Source: a virus (taxonomy: Duplodnaviria; Caudoviricetes). Taken from it: a stretch of 62,801 nt of DNA. The notes below the pieces were generated by a model, which worked only from the letters and a program-made list of their open reading frames with translations, did no database searches and was not told the origin of the DNA. Below are positions 1 through 9,800 of this stretch, one piece after another. The translations under genes were made by a program, and so were the position numbers. The stretch covers positions 1-62,801 of IMG/VR virus record IMGVR_UViG_3300031460_000001, one strand, 5' to 3'. Position 1 is the stretch's first letter; every line of letters starts with the position of its first letter.

Positions 1-301
1 TGTCGACGATCGGCGTGCGGGTCTGCGCCACCCGGTCGGCCGGGGTCGCATAGTACCAGGCATAGTCCTCGCCGCCCTCGATGTTGGACTGCAGGTAGCC
101 CTTGTCGTAGATCGCGAAGGGGCCGGCCACCGGATCGGAATCGCGGTTGGGGGCGCCGTCGCGCCAGTCGGCGACAGGCAGGTAGTTGTCGATGCCGATG
201 AAGTCGATGTTCGCATCCGACCACAGCGGGTCCATGTTGAAGATCACGTCGTTGGTGCCGTCGACGGGCCGGTGCGAATGATATTCGGTCCAGTCGGCAG
301 A
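1..301 (-). pseudogene. Downstream portion of a GTA megatron/g15-like (GTA TIM-barrel, host-specificity) gene, cut off from its 5' part by the prophage
   Basis: Minus-strand frame (not in ORF track) reads SADWTEYHSHRPVDGTNDVIFNMDPLWSDANIDFIGIDNYLPVADWRDG...YLQSNIEGGEDYAWYY. I recognise these as the conserved ADW.EY / DPLW...IDFIGIDNY.P..DWRDG / NIEGGE.Y.WYY motifs of GTA g15. An in-frame TAA (302-304) sits where a Tyr codon is expected, and AT-rich phage DNA follows. Confidence 0.8.
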
Positions 302-392
302 TTACCACGCCGTCTTTGCGAGACCCTTAACCATCAAAAATATAACGCTTAATTCGTCTCCACGCATCATGTAATTTCGTCCGGTTGGAATT

Positions 393-1427
393 TTAGTTGG
401 GCGACGCCATGCTGATTTCCAGCTTGCGGATGCCCGATTCCGCCAGCGCCACGTCGCGGTGGAAGTAGCTCTTGTCGAGGATGTTCTGCACGTCCTTGAG
501 GCTGTGGCCCGTGATAGTCGCGATCTCCGGTACCGTCGCCTCGGCTTTGGTGAGACGGAGCACAGCCGTGCCCCGGAGATCATGGAAAGTGCGGTCCTCG
601 ATCTTCGCGGACTTGGCGACGCGATGCCACGCGACCCGGAAGCTGCCGGTGGTCCATGGCCGCCCCAAGGACGAGAGCATGATGATCGGGTGCTCGCGTG
701 GGAGGGCGTCGAGGACGGACTTGAGCGTCGGGCCGACGGGGATCACGACGCGGGTGCCGGTTTTGCTCTGTTCCAGCCGGATTTGACTGCCGTCGTAGGC
801 AGACCATGGCAGAGTGAGGAGGTCGCCGTTCCGCTGCCCGGTCCAGAGCGCCAGGATCATGCCGAGTTGGATCTCGGGACGGGCCACGCCCATGAAGCGC
901 GCGATCTCGGCTTCGCTCCATATTTTCGCGGCGCGCGACCCCTTGTAGAGCCGCCCGCCTTTTTCGCAGGGGTTGGCTTCGACAAGGCCACCGTCGAGCG
1001 CCCATGACAGCACGCGCGCCAGCACCATCCACGAATAGTCTGCGGTCCTCTTTGACCGCCGACCGATCCCATCGCGCCATTCCCGGAACACACCTTTGAT
1101 GGCAGGCTGCTTCAACGCCCCTACGTTCATGGTGCCGAACTCGGTGCGGAGCCGATCGAGGATCTTGCCGTAGTCCTTCCGGGTGCGCGGCGCGAGATCC
1201 GTGAAGGCCGCGCTATCCTGATAGCGGTCGATGACGCTCTCCAGTCGCTTGTCGTCCTTCTTTGCCCTCACCTCCTCATGGGCCGCGTTGTAGCTCGCGA
1301 GGAATTCGGGCGATCCTGGCTTGCCCTCAAGTCGCGGGCCGCATTTCCATGCATAGTGGTAGGTCACGCTGGCGCCGTCGGCCCTGACCTTCCTGACGCT
1401 ATTTATGCCCTTGAGGTGCGCGCGCAT
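393..1427 (-). CDS. int: Tyrosine recombinase / phage integrase
   Basis: Catalytic motifs TGQR, K (QSKT), FHDLR, GHS and Tyr (KSYF). Start placed at ATG 1427 (MRAHLKGINSV), overlapping the upstream small gene. Confidence 0.93.
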   Translation of the reverse strand: MRAHLKGINSVRKVRADGASVTYHYAWKCGPRLEGKPGSPEFLASYNAAHEEVRAKKDDKRLESVIDRYQDSAAFTDLAPRTRKDYGKILDRLRTEFGTMNVGALKQPAIKGVFREWRDGIGRRSKRTADYSWMVLARVLSWALDGGLVEANPCEKGGRLYKGSRAAKIWSEAEIARFMGVARPEIQLGMILALWTGQRNGDLLTLPWSAYDGSQIRLEQSKTGTRVVIPVGPTLKSVLDALPREHPIIMLSSLGRPWTTGSFRVAWHRVAKSAKIEDRTFHDLRGTAVLRLTKAEATVPEIATITGHSLKDVQNILDKSYFHRDVALAESGIRKLEISMASPN

Positions 1428-1611
1428 CCCGCTCTGCCCTCCAGGCCGCGAGGTGGTCGATCTCACCGTCTGTAACATCGGCCTTCCCTGAAACGATCAC
1501 GATCTTGCCGGCTTGGTCAATCTCGACGCGGCCGACCTCGACGCCAGCCGCCTTCACGCCTCTAACAGCGCGCTGCACGTCGGCTTGGCGAAAGGCGACT
1601 CGCTTAACCAT
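1399..1611 (-). CDS. Putative excisionase / recombination directionality factor
   Basis: 70-aa basic protein (FRQADVQRAVRGVKAAG..V.RVEI) overlapping the integrase start; positional inference. Confidence 0.55.
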   Translation of the reverse strand: MVKRVAFRQADVQRAVRGVKAAGVEVGRVEIDQAGKIVIVSGKADVTDGEIDHLAAWRAERDARAPQGHK

Positions 1612-2197
1612 CCGCGCCCTCCTTCGCCCTCAGGCCCTCGTCTCGGGCGGCGTTTAGTGCGGACATCTTGTTCACCGATCCGCCCACCACATCGGGGTGA
1701 CACTCTTTCGCGGCACGCCGGTAGGCCGCGTCGATCTCGCCACGCCCTGCGGTCTGCGGCACCCCGAGCACCTGCCACCACGCCTGTGTGCCGGTCGGCG
1801 CCGGCAGCGCCACGAAGCCCGTCATCGTGGCTCGCACGAGCGCCAAGGTGCCGTGCCGCAGTTCTACGCGCCGCGCCTCAAGGACATGATGGATCGCCTG
1901 CAGGTTGGCTTCCACGGTCGTGTAGCGATCCACCGGAATGCAGACCGACAACCCCTCCCAGGTGAACCAGACGGCAACACCGGGATCGGCCGGCTTGGCG
2001 CTGCCGAGCGTGACGTTGCTCGACATCACGACGCTGTTGACGGCTTTACCACTGTCCCGCCCGAAGGCGTGAAGGCTTCCCTGGACGTTGGAGAGCGCGG
2101 CATTGAGTTGCGTGCGGAACGCCCCTGTCTCGCGACGCGGGGCACGCGGGAAGTTCGGCGGCCATGCCAGCGGGTACGCAGTCGGGGCTTCAGCCAT
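1604..2197 (-). CDS. Phage protein with C-terminal DnaJ J-domain
   Basis: WWQVLGV...IDAAYRRAAKECHPDVVGGS..KMSALNAA: J-domain with intact HPD; N-terminal YPL.WP motif. Confidence 0.85.
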   Translation of the reverse strand: MAEAPTAYPLAWPPNFPRAPRRETGAFRTQLNAALSNVQGSLHAFGRDSGKAVNSVVMSSNVTLGSAKPADPGVAVWFTWEGLSVCIPVDRYTTVEANLQAIHHVLEARRVELRHGTLALVRATMTGFVALPAPTGTQAWWQVLGVPQTAGRGEIDAAYRRAAKECHPDVVGGSVNKMSALNAARDEGLRAKEGADG

Positions 2198-2305
2198 GGG
2201 GCACCTCCACGCGATGTTCGTCCCGCGCGACGAAGCTGCCGTAGGCTCCCATCGTCTTTGCAAAGTCCTCCGGCGTGAGCCCCTCATTGATGGTTTTGAT
2301 GGGGG

Positions 2306-2563
2306 TCATGACTCGCTCCGTTCTGCCGCGAGGGCGGCGCGGCCGGTATTGGTGATGATCCAAACCGCGGGTTTTTCAGCGTCGATCTGCTCCACGAGCC
2401 CTGCTTCGGCAAGCGGGACTAAGTACGAATGCCGGAAAATCCCCATGAGACTACGGGTACCTCCGTAACCGCTTTCCCGACAGATGGTGGCATTTGTGAA
2501 ACCGCCACCGCAACTAGCGAGAAACCGCAGGGCGTTGATTTGATACTTCGGCAACCCGTTCAT
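2306..2563 (-). CDS. Hypothetical protein (winged-helix-like)
   Basis: Coupled ORF; L..AGLVE...W.IT.TGRAAL C-terminal pattern. Confidence 0.5.
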   Translation of the reverse strand: MNGLPKYQINALRFLASCGGGFTNATICRESGYGGTRSLMGIFRHSYLVPLAEAGLVEQIDAEKPAVWIITNTGRAALAAERSES

Positions 2564-3114
2564 CCCCGGTCTCCCTGTTCAGCGGCTTCGGAGCCTTGCG
2601 AGGCGAGGGCGTTCCAGAGGTTTCTGATGCAATTAATTGGGACGATTACTTCGTTAACGACGGCAGTTCTCTCCCCTTTGGTCCGTTCATTCGCTCGCTC
2701 AACAAGAGTTCTCGCTGCATCCTTCAGCCGCCCGACATCCGCCTCCGCTGCCTGGGCGCGGGCTTCGGTGGCTCGCTGCTTTGCTATGGCCTCGCGTGCC
2801 AGTCGGATCGCGCCCTTACGCTCAATATCGTCAAGAACACCTCGCTGGCGGGCTCCTTCGATTGCTGCGTCCCGCTCGCGCTCCAGCTCCGCGACCCGAT
2901 CCGCATCGCCCGTCGCTTCAGCCAGGCGGGTGGCGGCTCGACGGATGGCTTTGCCGAGCCACATGGCCTCATATGCTCCTTGGGCGCAGGCCTCGCGTGA
3001 TGGGCTGTTGTCGGGGTGCTTGGCTCCCTGGGTCTCAAGCTGCGTCTGACGCTTATCCGCGATCCGGGCAGCCTCTTCCATCGCCTCCCGGCGGACGGCG
3101 CCGGGGTCAGTCAT
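2560..3114 (-). CDS. Hypothetical phage early protein (paralogous segments with 3348-3668)
   Basis: MTDPGAVRREAMEEAARI...AIRRAATRLAEATGDA; ATGA-type coupling. Confidence 0.6.
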   Translation of the reverse strand: MTDPGAVRREAMEEAARIADKRQTQLETQGAKHPDNSPSREACAQGAYEAMWLGKAIRRAATRLAEATGDADRVAELERERDAAIEGARQRGVLDDIERKGAIRLAREAIAKQRATEARAQAAEADVGRLKDAARTLVERANERTKGERTAVVNEVIVPINCIRNLWNALASQGSEAAEQGDRG

Positions 3115-3123
3115 CGTCGTTCA

Positions 3124-3351
3124 TCATGACGGCGTCTCCTGACGATCCTGCCAAGCCTTTGCCGCATTTTCAGCAGACGCCATTATAGGCGTCGCCACGT
3201 CGACAGCACAAAAGGGGTTACCGCAGGAGATGCGATGGTGCATGTCCGTGTCGCTGGTAGCCGATAACCGCATCTGTTGAATCGCTCGCGTACCACAGAA
3301 TGGACAAGTCTTCAGATCGTCCCGCTGGATAGTTTTTGCCCATTTGCTCAT
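3124..3351 (-). CDS. Lar-family (restriction alleviation) zinc-ribbon protein
   Basis: LKTCPFCG...ISCGNPFC...AAKAW pattern typical of Lar-like proteins. Confidence 0.65.
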   Translation of the reverse strand: MSKWAKTIQRDDLKTCPFCGTRAIQQMRLSATSDTDMHHRISCGNPFCAVDVATPIMASAENAAKAWQDRQETPS

Positions 3352-3668
3352 CGCTCGGTGCTCCCTTGGCTGGATGGAGCGGGTTCAGCTGCGCTGCTAG
3401 TCCCCTCTGCCGGAGCCGGGGCGGTAGCATAGGGGGACCCCGCCTTGCACTCTGTCTCGACGTGGCCGCTCATGTGCGCTATTTCGCGCAGTCGGCGTCG
3501 CGTCGCGGCCTGGGCCGCATCGCCCGTCGCTTCGGCTGGACGGGTGGCTGCCTCACGGATGGCGGCGGCCATCTCAGAGGGTAGGCTACGTCCATTTCTG
3601 GTGCATCCCTCGACGATCCGGGTAGCCTCTTCCAGCGCCTCACGGCGGACGGCGGCGGGGTCGGTCAT
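3348..3668 (-). CDS. Hypothetical phage early protein (paralog of 2560-3114)
   Basis: MTDPAAVRREALEEATRI...AIREAATRPAEATGDA. Confidence 0.55.
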   Translation of the reverse strand: MTDPAAVRREALEEATRIVEGCTRNGRSLPSEMAAAIREAATRPAEATGDAAQAATRRRLREIAHMSGHVETECKAGSPYATAPAPAEGTSSAAEPAPSSQGSTER

Positions 3669-3907
3669 TTCAGTTCCTCTAGCAGTGCGAACAGCAGTAA
3701 AGGAAGCACAAGCAGCGGCAGGAGGCTTCTCGCGACAATAGATATGCAGATCTGGACAATCGTTATAACCAAGTATCCGACAATCCTGCTATTCCACGCG
3801 ATCATTTGCGAACCTCGTCGTCTTGGGGTGGGGCTAGCCTGCACTTGTCGGCCAGTTGGCATTGGACTGCAGCGCACTCCAGCATGCTCGGATTGGCGCA
3901 AGGTCTT

Positions 3908-4660
3908 TCATGCAACCTCGGGCCGTGGCTGAGTCGACGCGATGGCCATGCGGGCGAGTCGCCAAATTTTCAACGTGTCGTCGCCGAAGAAAAACCCCTC
4001 GCGCAATTTCGTGTCGGGACCATCAGGAAATTCTTTGGTCCACGACTGGTCGATTAGTTCACAGACCCGCAGCGCGTCGGGGCTAGGCTCAACCGGCTCC
4101 CCGGCCGGCGGATGTGGTGAGGCGCTCGCCGTCCCCCGCTCCATGCGGCCGATGGCGGCGAGCAGGGAAACGCGGGCAGCCCTGATGCCGCTGTCGTCCT
4201 CCATCTGGAGCGACCAATACGCAGTGTTGCCGTACGCATCCACCAGCGCCACGAAGTCGGCCGGGGCGGGTGGTGCCATGGCGGCGGCGTTCAGCCGGTC
4301 CACCACCTCACACGGCAGCAGCAGCCGGCCGTCGCACAGGATGGATGTGCCGCCTATGTCGACGCGCATGGAATAGCTTTGGGTGGCGGGCTCGGTGGCG
4401 GTCGCGACGGGGGCGTTATGGTCCAATTGCCGCAACATCATCTTGGCGTGCACCGAATGCGAATCGTCGCCTGGGCGAAACTTCATCGCGCGGTCAATGC
4501 GACGTCGAAAGTTTTCATACGGGACCGTGGACACGCCAACGTTCATGTCGGTCCAGATTTCCTGCAGCGCATCGATCTCGAAGCAAAAGTCTTTCACCGG
4601 ATTGGCGTTATGGCCGAAGCTTCGGGCGGCGGGTTCGGCGGCGATCGGGGTGGTCATGGG
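3908..4660 (-). CDS. Hypothetical phage protein
   Basis: ORF from MTTPIAAEPAA; GAGG-like RBS upstream on the minus strand. Confidence 0.5.
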   Translation of the reverse strand, partial: PMTTPIAAEPAARSFGHNANPVKDFCFEIDALQEIWTDMNVGVSTVPYENFRRRIDRAMKFRPGDDSHSVHAKMMLRQLDHNAPVATATEPATQSYSMRVDIGGTSILCDGRLLLPCEVVDRLNAAAMAPPAPADFVALVDAYGNTAYWSLQMEDDSGIRAARVSLLAAIGRMERGTASASPHPPAGEPVEPSPDALRVCELIDQSWTKEFPDGPDTKLREGFFFGDDTLKIWRLARMAIASTQPRPEVA

Positions 4661-4671
4661 GTAGGTTCCTC

Positions 4672-4992
4672 TCAAAACGGAATGTCGTGGTCGCAATTGC
4701 GGTGCTCGCCGACCGGTCGTTCGAAGTGCGTCAGGGGCTTGCGGCAGTCCACGCAATCGGTGCGACCCCATCGCGTGAAACGTCGCCTGATCTCTCGCCA
4801 CCATCGGCGAAGCGGTGTGAGGGTGAAGATCGGATGGGCGTAACAGTCCGGTTGCCCGGTGCCGCACCGGATGCAACGACACGAACGCTTCTCCCGCCAC
4901 CGACCGCGGCTGTCTCTGTAGCTATCGTAAATGTAGTGCTTTCGCTGATGGCCGAAGAGGCGGCAACGGAGGTGGGCGAGCCAGGCCATCAC
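4672..4992 (-). CDS. Hypothetical Cys-rich protein
   Basis: LRCRLFGH...CIRCG...CVDC...DIPF; coupled to neighbours. Confidence 0.5.
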   Translation of the reverse strand: MMAWLAHLRCRLFGHQRKHYIYDSYRDSRGRWREKRSCRCIRCGTGQPDCYAHPIFTLTPLRRWWREIRRRFTRWGRTDCVDCRKPLTHFERPVGEHRNCDHDIPF

Positions 4993-5504
4993 GCCACCTC
5001 GGTGCTGGATGGGGTGGGGACGGACGGGTCGGCTCCCGTCGCGGGCTCGGGTTGCGGGGCGGCGAGAGCCAATGCCGCATCGGCTTGTTCGCAGGCCGCA
5101 TCGGCAAATTCCGGATCGGTCCCGCCGATCACGAGCGCGCGGTGGAATTTGGCGCGAAGTGTCGTAAGCGCGGCCACGAGGGCGCCGTGCGAGTCGAGAC
5201 GCAACTTGATATCGTCGTCGCTCAGACCGTCAGTCATCGGTGCGGCCCTCCCGAGCGGCGGCGAGAGATCGAATCCCCAAATAGTCGTCCGCATGCATGA
5301 GCCGCTGGCGTTCGGCTTCGGCCTCTTCCTCGGTGATACCGAGTTCGGCAAGAGCAGCTAGCCACTTCACTCGCAGCCAGCGCAGCTCAAGGCAGGCATG
5401 GGGAGCCGCTGCAGCGGAAGCAATGCAATAGCCGCCAGCAATGACGAACTCGCGGATCTGCCGTGTCGGCCTCGCGCTCACGCCGGCCTGCACTTGTGCT
5501 TCGC

Positions 5505-5798
5505 TCACGACGGAACCTTTCCATTATTGATGCACTCGCCGAAGTAGGCGATAGAGGCCCTGGCCATCTGACCGAAATCGTCGAAGACTTTCTGAGCGAG
5601 GGGGTCCCGGCTAAAGCTATGCGTTCGCATGTCAGCTAAGATCTGCCGCGCCGATCTTCCCGGCTGACGTTTCGCACCGATGCCGATTTCCATGAGGCGC
5701 AACGTTAGTTCAGCTTCGTCGATCTCCGCGACAAAGCGTTGAGCGTGCTTCTTCGCGCTCGCGCCGGCCTGCGGTTCGGGGAGGGGCGTGGTGGTCAT
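5505..5798 (-). CDS. Hypothetical phage protein
   Basis: ATGA overlap with the recombinase stop. Confidence 0.55.
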   Translation of the reverse strand: MTTTPLPEPQAGASAKKHAQRFVAEIDEAELTLRLMEIGIGAKRQPGRSARQILADMRTHSFSRDPLAQKVFDDFGQMARASIAYFGECINNGKVPS

Positions 5799-6535
5799 GA
5801 TACGGCTTCCTGAAGAGCGGGATCGTTGACGGTCATGCGGTCGATTTCATCGGCGCGCGTTTCCCAGTCGGCGATGCGTTTGCGACCGAAAGCAGCGAGT
5901 TCGGCGCGACTACGGCCAAGACCGAAGGCGTTGAGAGCATCCCTTCCCCGGCTGGCAGCTTCGTCGCCGACGCGGATGAGACGACTGATCTCTGCAGCGT
6001 CCACGCCAGTAGGAGAGTTGACGGAGGACGTGGGGGCGGGCTGCTTCTCCTGCCGGATTTCGGCTTCCACTTCACGAATGTATTTGCTGTCGTCGAAAAG
6101 TCCCATGTGGACGTCGGCTGACATTCCGAGATGCTTCATGGCGTTGCCAAGCGCGTCGGTAAACGCCTTCTTGAAAGCTTCGTCGTCGTTTTCCCAACGC
6201 TCGGGGCGATTGTACTGTTCACTTGCCTTGATGTGGGTGACAATCTTGTCACCTCCGACACCAGGAATGTCGGATGACTTATTACCATCTTGCACAAACC
6301 ATAGAGTTAGCCAACAGAAAACCATCATTTCTTTGTTGTCGCCGGGAACAATCTGAAACTTAGGCTCGGAAAAGCCCCAACCGATGCCGACCGGCCCAAA
6401 CGTCTCCGTCATCTTCTGTTCGGTGTAGACTGGTTTGATGGCAGTTCCGGAGAAGCCTCCGCCGCGCTTGAATTTCTTGGTCTGGCTCGGATCAGTACGA
6501 CCAAGCGCGTTCCAAAGAGCAAGATTGTCGGTCAT
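5795..6535 (-). CDS. Rad52/Sak-like single-strand annealing protein
   Basis: TETFGPVGIGWG and DEAFKKAFTDAL..AMKHLG...D motifs of Rad52-like phage recombinases; next to gp157. Confidence 0.7.
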   Translation of the reverse strand: MTDNLALWNALGRTDPSQTKKFKRGGGFSGTAIKPVYTEQKMTETFGPVGIGWGFSEPKFQIVPGDNKEMMVFCWLTLWFVQDGNKSSDIPGVGGDKIVTHIKASEQYNRPERWENDDEAFKKAFTDALGNAMKHLGMSADVHMGLFDDSKYIREVEAEIRQEKQPAPTSSVNSPTGVDAAEISRLIRVGDEAASRGRDALNAFGLGRSRAELAAFGRKRIADWETRADEIDRMTVNDPALQEAVS

Positions 6536-7038
6536 CCTGTCCTCACCGTGAGAACGGGAGCGGCGTTACTGTAGCGCGCTCCGATAATGTCTTCGCCCGC
6601 ATCGAGCTTGGACTTGATCGCAGCCCGATCCGGTTTGGTCGTCGTGACGACGGTGAGGCAATCGGGCGGCAGGCCAGCCTCATCGTCGATCACGATTTGT
6701 GGACGTCCTCGGGCCATGATGATCGTGAGATCCGGCATGGTGACCTTGGTGAGGCCGGCATCCTGCATGGCCCATGACGCCACGCCACGCAGGCGTTCCG
6801 CCTTGGCGAGAAGGCGGGCCTTGCGATCCTGGGCGGCTTTGATGATGCCGCCCAGCCCGCCTGCGAAGGTTTCAGCCTCCCTGGCCTCGCGGACCACGGC
6901 CGCAATGACGGCGTCGAGGTCCGACAATCCCTCAAGAGTATCGATCAAGGCGGGGTCGTCGTCGTCAAGGCCATAGACAGCCTTGAGGCGGTCGCGCAGC
7001 TCGGCATGGATGGCGAGGGCGTGGCGAAGATCAGCCAT
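6532..7038 (-). CDS. Siphovirus Gp157-family protein
   Basis: DTLEG...coiled coil...IDDEAGLP.....KPDRAAIK..L.AGE.I.GA..S...L.VR. Confidence 0.8.
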   Translation of the reverse strand: MADLRHALAIHAELRDRLKAVYGLDDDDPALIDTLEGLSDLDAVIAAVVREAREAETFAGGLGGIIKAAQDRKARLLAKAERLRGVASWAMQDAGLTKVTMPDLTIIMARGRPQIVIDDEAGLPPDCLTVVTTTKPDRAAIKSKLDAGEDIIGARYSNAAPVLTVRTG

Positions 7039-8641
7039 CACGTGAATCCTCTTCTCTGTGGAAGTTTTCTTCGGCACGAAGTCCCTGATCCGAGCGCCAT
7101 CCATGACCATGTTCGGCGCTGATGATCTTCGTATAGTAATTGCGGTGATTTAAATTGCGGTTTGCTCCTGCATCGCAAGTCACCACATCGCGATTGCTCA
7201 TTGGCCCCATACGTCGAAAGCCTGGGTCGCTTTCGTTTTCGGTACGCGGGCGGATCTCCAAATAAAACTCAGACATGGGCATTTTCCAATTCGCGGGCGG
7301 AATCTTCAAGATAGGCCGCTTCGGTTCGGAGACGGGCCGCTGATGCTCGCAATTCGCCAGCACAGTAGATGCGGGAACGCGGACTGCATCGAGCCGCCAA
7401 GACACTGCAAAGACTGGACACGCTGCCGTGAATACGGGACAGACGGACTTCGGTGAAATCCGTCAAACACGGGAAGCGGGAGGCGAGAGGCGCGATCACC
7501 GACATGCCGCCGACCCTCCCTGTGCGACCGTGCGTCTTGTTATGCTACGAGAATTCACGCCGTAGCTATTGAAGAAATTCCATTCAGCAGAGTTCATCGG
7601 GCCGATGAAGCAGATGGCCGGCGTTGGTATCCAATATGGCCAGCCGTCATACATGCAGATTGCGACTATCTGCCGACCATTGAACAAAAACTCTTCTGGC
7701 TTCTCTTCGGCTTGAAGCCAAATATCCGGCATGTCCTTTGCCGTGGGATAAAACCAATTAACTGGCCCCATGTTCTCGCCTTCGTAAACTTCTACGGTTC
7801 GTGTTCTCACCCCGCCCTCCGCATGCACAGCGCGAGCACGGCGCCGTAGACCGAGAGAGCCGCGAGGCCGTTTATCGTGGCGTGGAGGAGATCGGGGAGG
7901 GGCATGGTGGGGGTCCGTGAGTTGGGGTGGCACGGTTTCAGGCAGCGCGTCGTCGGCGTGGTCGCTCGACCGATCGCTGTGACATCCGCTCAGTGAGTGT
8001 GACGTTGAAGGCCTCTGCGGCCGCAGCGAGATCTTCCAGCCGCATGTTCGCGGGTGCGAGCCATGAGGACGATCCGGTTGGGTAATTCGTGCGAAGGCAC
8101 ACGAGGCCGTCGCCGCCGATGTGCGCGTCGAAGGTGATCGTGGGAGCGAGGGCCATCACCGCGCCCCCGCCAGCACCAGCCGGCCCATCCCGGCGCATGG
8201 CATGGGTCGCCGCGGCAACCGCTCGGTCGGGTATGCGATCCCGGCTGCGTCGAACAGAGCCTCGAGGTGACGCGGGGTCTCGCCTTCACGCTCCGCCCGG
8301 TCGGCGAGATCGATCAGCGCGGCGTTGGTGCAATCCGAGACCGTGCCAGCCCGGAGGTCCATGGTGAGGAGCCGGGGCGTGCCGCAGTAATCGCCGGTCC
8401 AGAGGAGGGCGAGTGCGTCGGACCAAGCGAAGCCGAGCTGTGACTCGTGGATGGTATCGTCGGAGAGGAGCAGGTAGGTCGTGGCCATGTCAGCCTCCCC
8501 TTGCGATGCACATGGCCAGCACGGCCACCACGATCCCGATCGCGGCGAGCGCATCGACGAAAGCCACGACGGACTGGACGATCATGCGGGAGACGGGATC
8601 GGGCTCGGGCGGGATGAAGCCGGGTGAGATCGGGGCGGGCA

Positions 8642-9136
8642 TCACGCGGCGTCCCGTGCTTCGATCATTCGCTCGATCAACTTGAGACATAGCCTTTTAC
8701 GTCGCTCATTTTCGGCCGGCGTCACCACCTCCATGTGCCCCGGATTAACGCAGAGCTTGTTTCTGCAAAGATGATCGATATGCAACTTTGACGAAACTCT
8801 GCCATGCACAGCTTCGTAAAGTGCACGATGAGCATTCTTCTTTATCTTTGATACTTGAACAGCGCCGTATCCTTTATGATTGATAGTTCCGCTCCAATCC
8901 CAACACATAGTAATGTAACCGTGATCGGTTAATTGATAACGAGATAGGTCAGAAGTTCCTTTTTTATTGTGTCCCGATATCCTCGGTAGCGCTTTGCCTT
9001 TGGCATGGCCTAAACGCGCGTTGTTTCTTTGAGCGAGAGGTGCGGGCAAACCGCATCCACAGGCGCACATCGCGCCCTTCGCCAGCGTAGCAAGGGCGGC
9101 GAGGCGATCGGGAAGAATGGTGGCGGTCTCGGGCAT
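8642..9136 (-). CDS. HNH endonuclease (free-standing, homing type)
   Basis: CACGCG; CWDW.G...GYG; AHRALYE; IDHLCRNKLCVNPGHM. Lower GC than its neighbours. Confidence 0.85.
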   Translation of the reverse strand: MPETATILPDRLAALATLAKGAMCACGCGLPAPLAQRNNARLGHAKGKALPRISGHNKKGTSDLSRYQLTDHGYITMCWDWSGTINHKGYGAVQVSKIKKNAHRALYEAVHGRVSSKLHIDHLCRNKLCVNPGHMEVVTPAENERRKRLCLKLIERMIEARDAA

Positions 9137-9187
9137 CGGGCTATCCCATCCAGGCCGGAGCAAGGGTGCTGCCGGGGTGATGGGAGA

Positions 9188-9230
9188 GTTATGACACTCT
9201 AACACATTTCATGTCAACACCACTCGTGTT
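9188..9230 (-). promoter_or_regulatory. Leftward early promoter (PL-like) with two tandem operators
   Basis: TTGACA (minus strand, 9212-9217) and CATAAC ~18 nt downstream; operators AACACATTTCATGTC (9201-9215) and AACACCACTCGTGTT (9216-9230). Confidence 0.7.
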
Positions 9231-9239
9231 CACCCAACG

Positions 9240-9266
9240 AAAAAAAATGCCCGGCTCGAACCGGGC
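9240..9266 (-). terminator. Intrinsic terminator ending the repressor operon
   Basis: Minus strand GCCCGG-TTCGAG-CCGGGC followed by A and a T8 run. Confidence 0.8.
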
Positions 9267-9296
9267 TGAGAAAGCGGATTGGGGGAGGATGGTGCC

Positions 9297-9800
9297 CTAG
9301 AGCAGCATCTCGGCTTGATCTATCAGGCCCGGCGTATTCTCAAGCCGAATCCTCATAGCGGCAAGGGATACCCCGAACAGCCGGGCCAACACCTCATCCG
9401 AATGCCCTTTCCGGGCTTCCTGCCTTACCAACGATCTCGGCATGATGATATCGGCAGCCATGCGGTTCGCTTGCGTCTCGTAATGCCCGCTGATTTCGCT
9501 TCGATACATGGTGTCGTCGACTAGGCCCGACTCGATCAGGTCGCGATGCAGGATGTAATGCGCGATTTCGTGTGCCAGCGTGAACCGCTGACGGTTGCTG
9601 TGTTGCGTGGAATTGATGCGGATGAAGAAGCCGGATTTTGGGCTCTTGCGCCGATCCCGAATGATGTGGCCAGCGATGCCGTCGCCGAGGTCGGTGAACT
9701 CGACAGGGATATCCAGGTCGCGTGCGATCGCCTCCAGATTCACCGGGGCTCTGCCGGTGTACCTGCCCACGACTTCGAGAGGATTGACCTCATACCTCAT
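9297..9800 (-). CDS. ImmA/IrrE-family metallopeptidase
   Basis: RQRFTLAHEIAH (HExxH) and ETQANRMAADIIMP, plus C-terminal HTH-like LARLFGVS. Confidence 0.9.
   Translation of the reverse strand: MRYEVNPLEVVGRYTGRAPVNLEAIARDLDIPVEFTDLGDGIAGHIIRDRRKSPKSGFFIRINSTQHSNRQRFTLAHEIAHYILHRDLIESGLVDDTMYRSEISGHYETQANRMAADIIMPRSLVRQEARKGHSDEVLARLFGVSLAAMRIRLENTPGLIDQAEMLL

Larger units (their letters stand above)
2901..3668. repeat. Two pairs of imperfect direct repeats: 3061-3114/3615-3668 (49/54 identical) and 2901-2949/3515-3563 (41/49)
   Basis: Manual alignment of the + strand. Confidence 0.85.

Noticed and set aside
967-998. Array unit 7 resembles the integrase segment LDGGLVEANPC (14/22 nt as a gapped match)
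   Set aside because: By a rough binomial estimate, matches of this quality are expected many times by chance in 62 kb on two strands, so it is not evidence of self-targeting.
302-1475. Overlapping ORFs antisense to or out of frame with the integrase, and similar shadow ORFs throughout the window
   Set aside because: Typical high-GC shadow frames with no motifs or RBS, overlapping well-supported genes.
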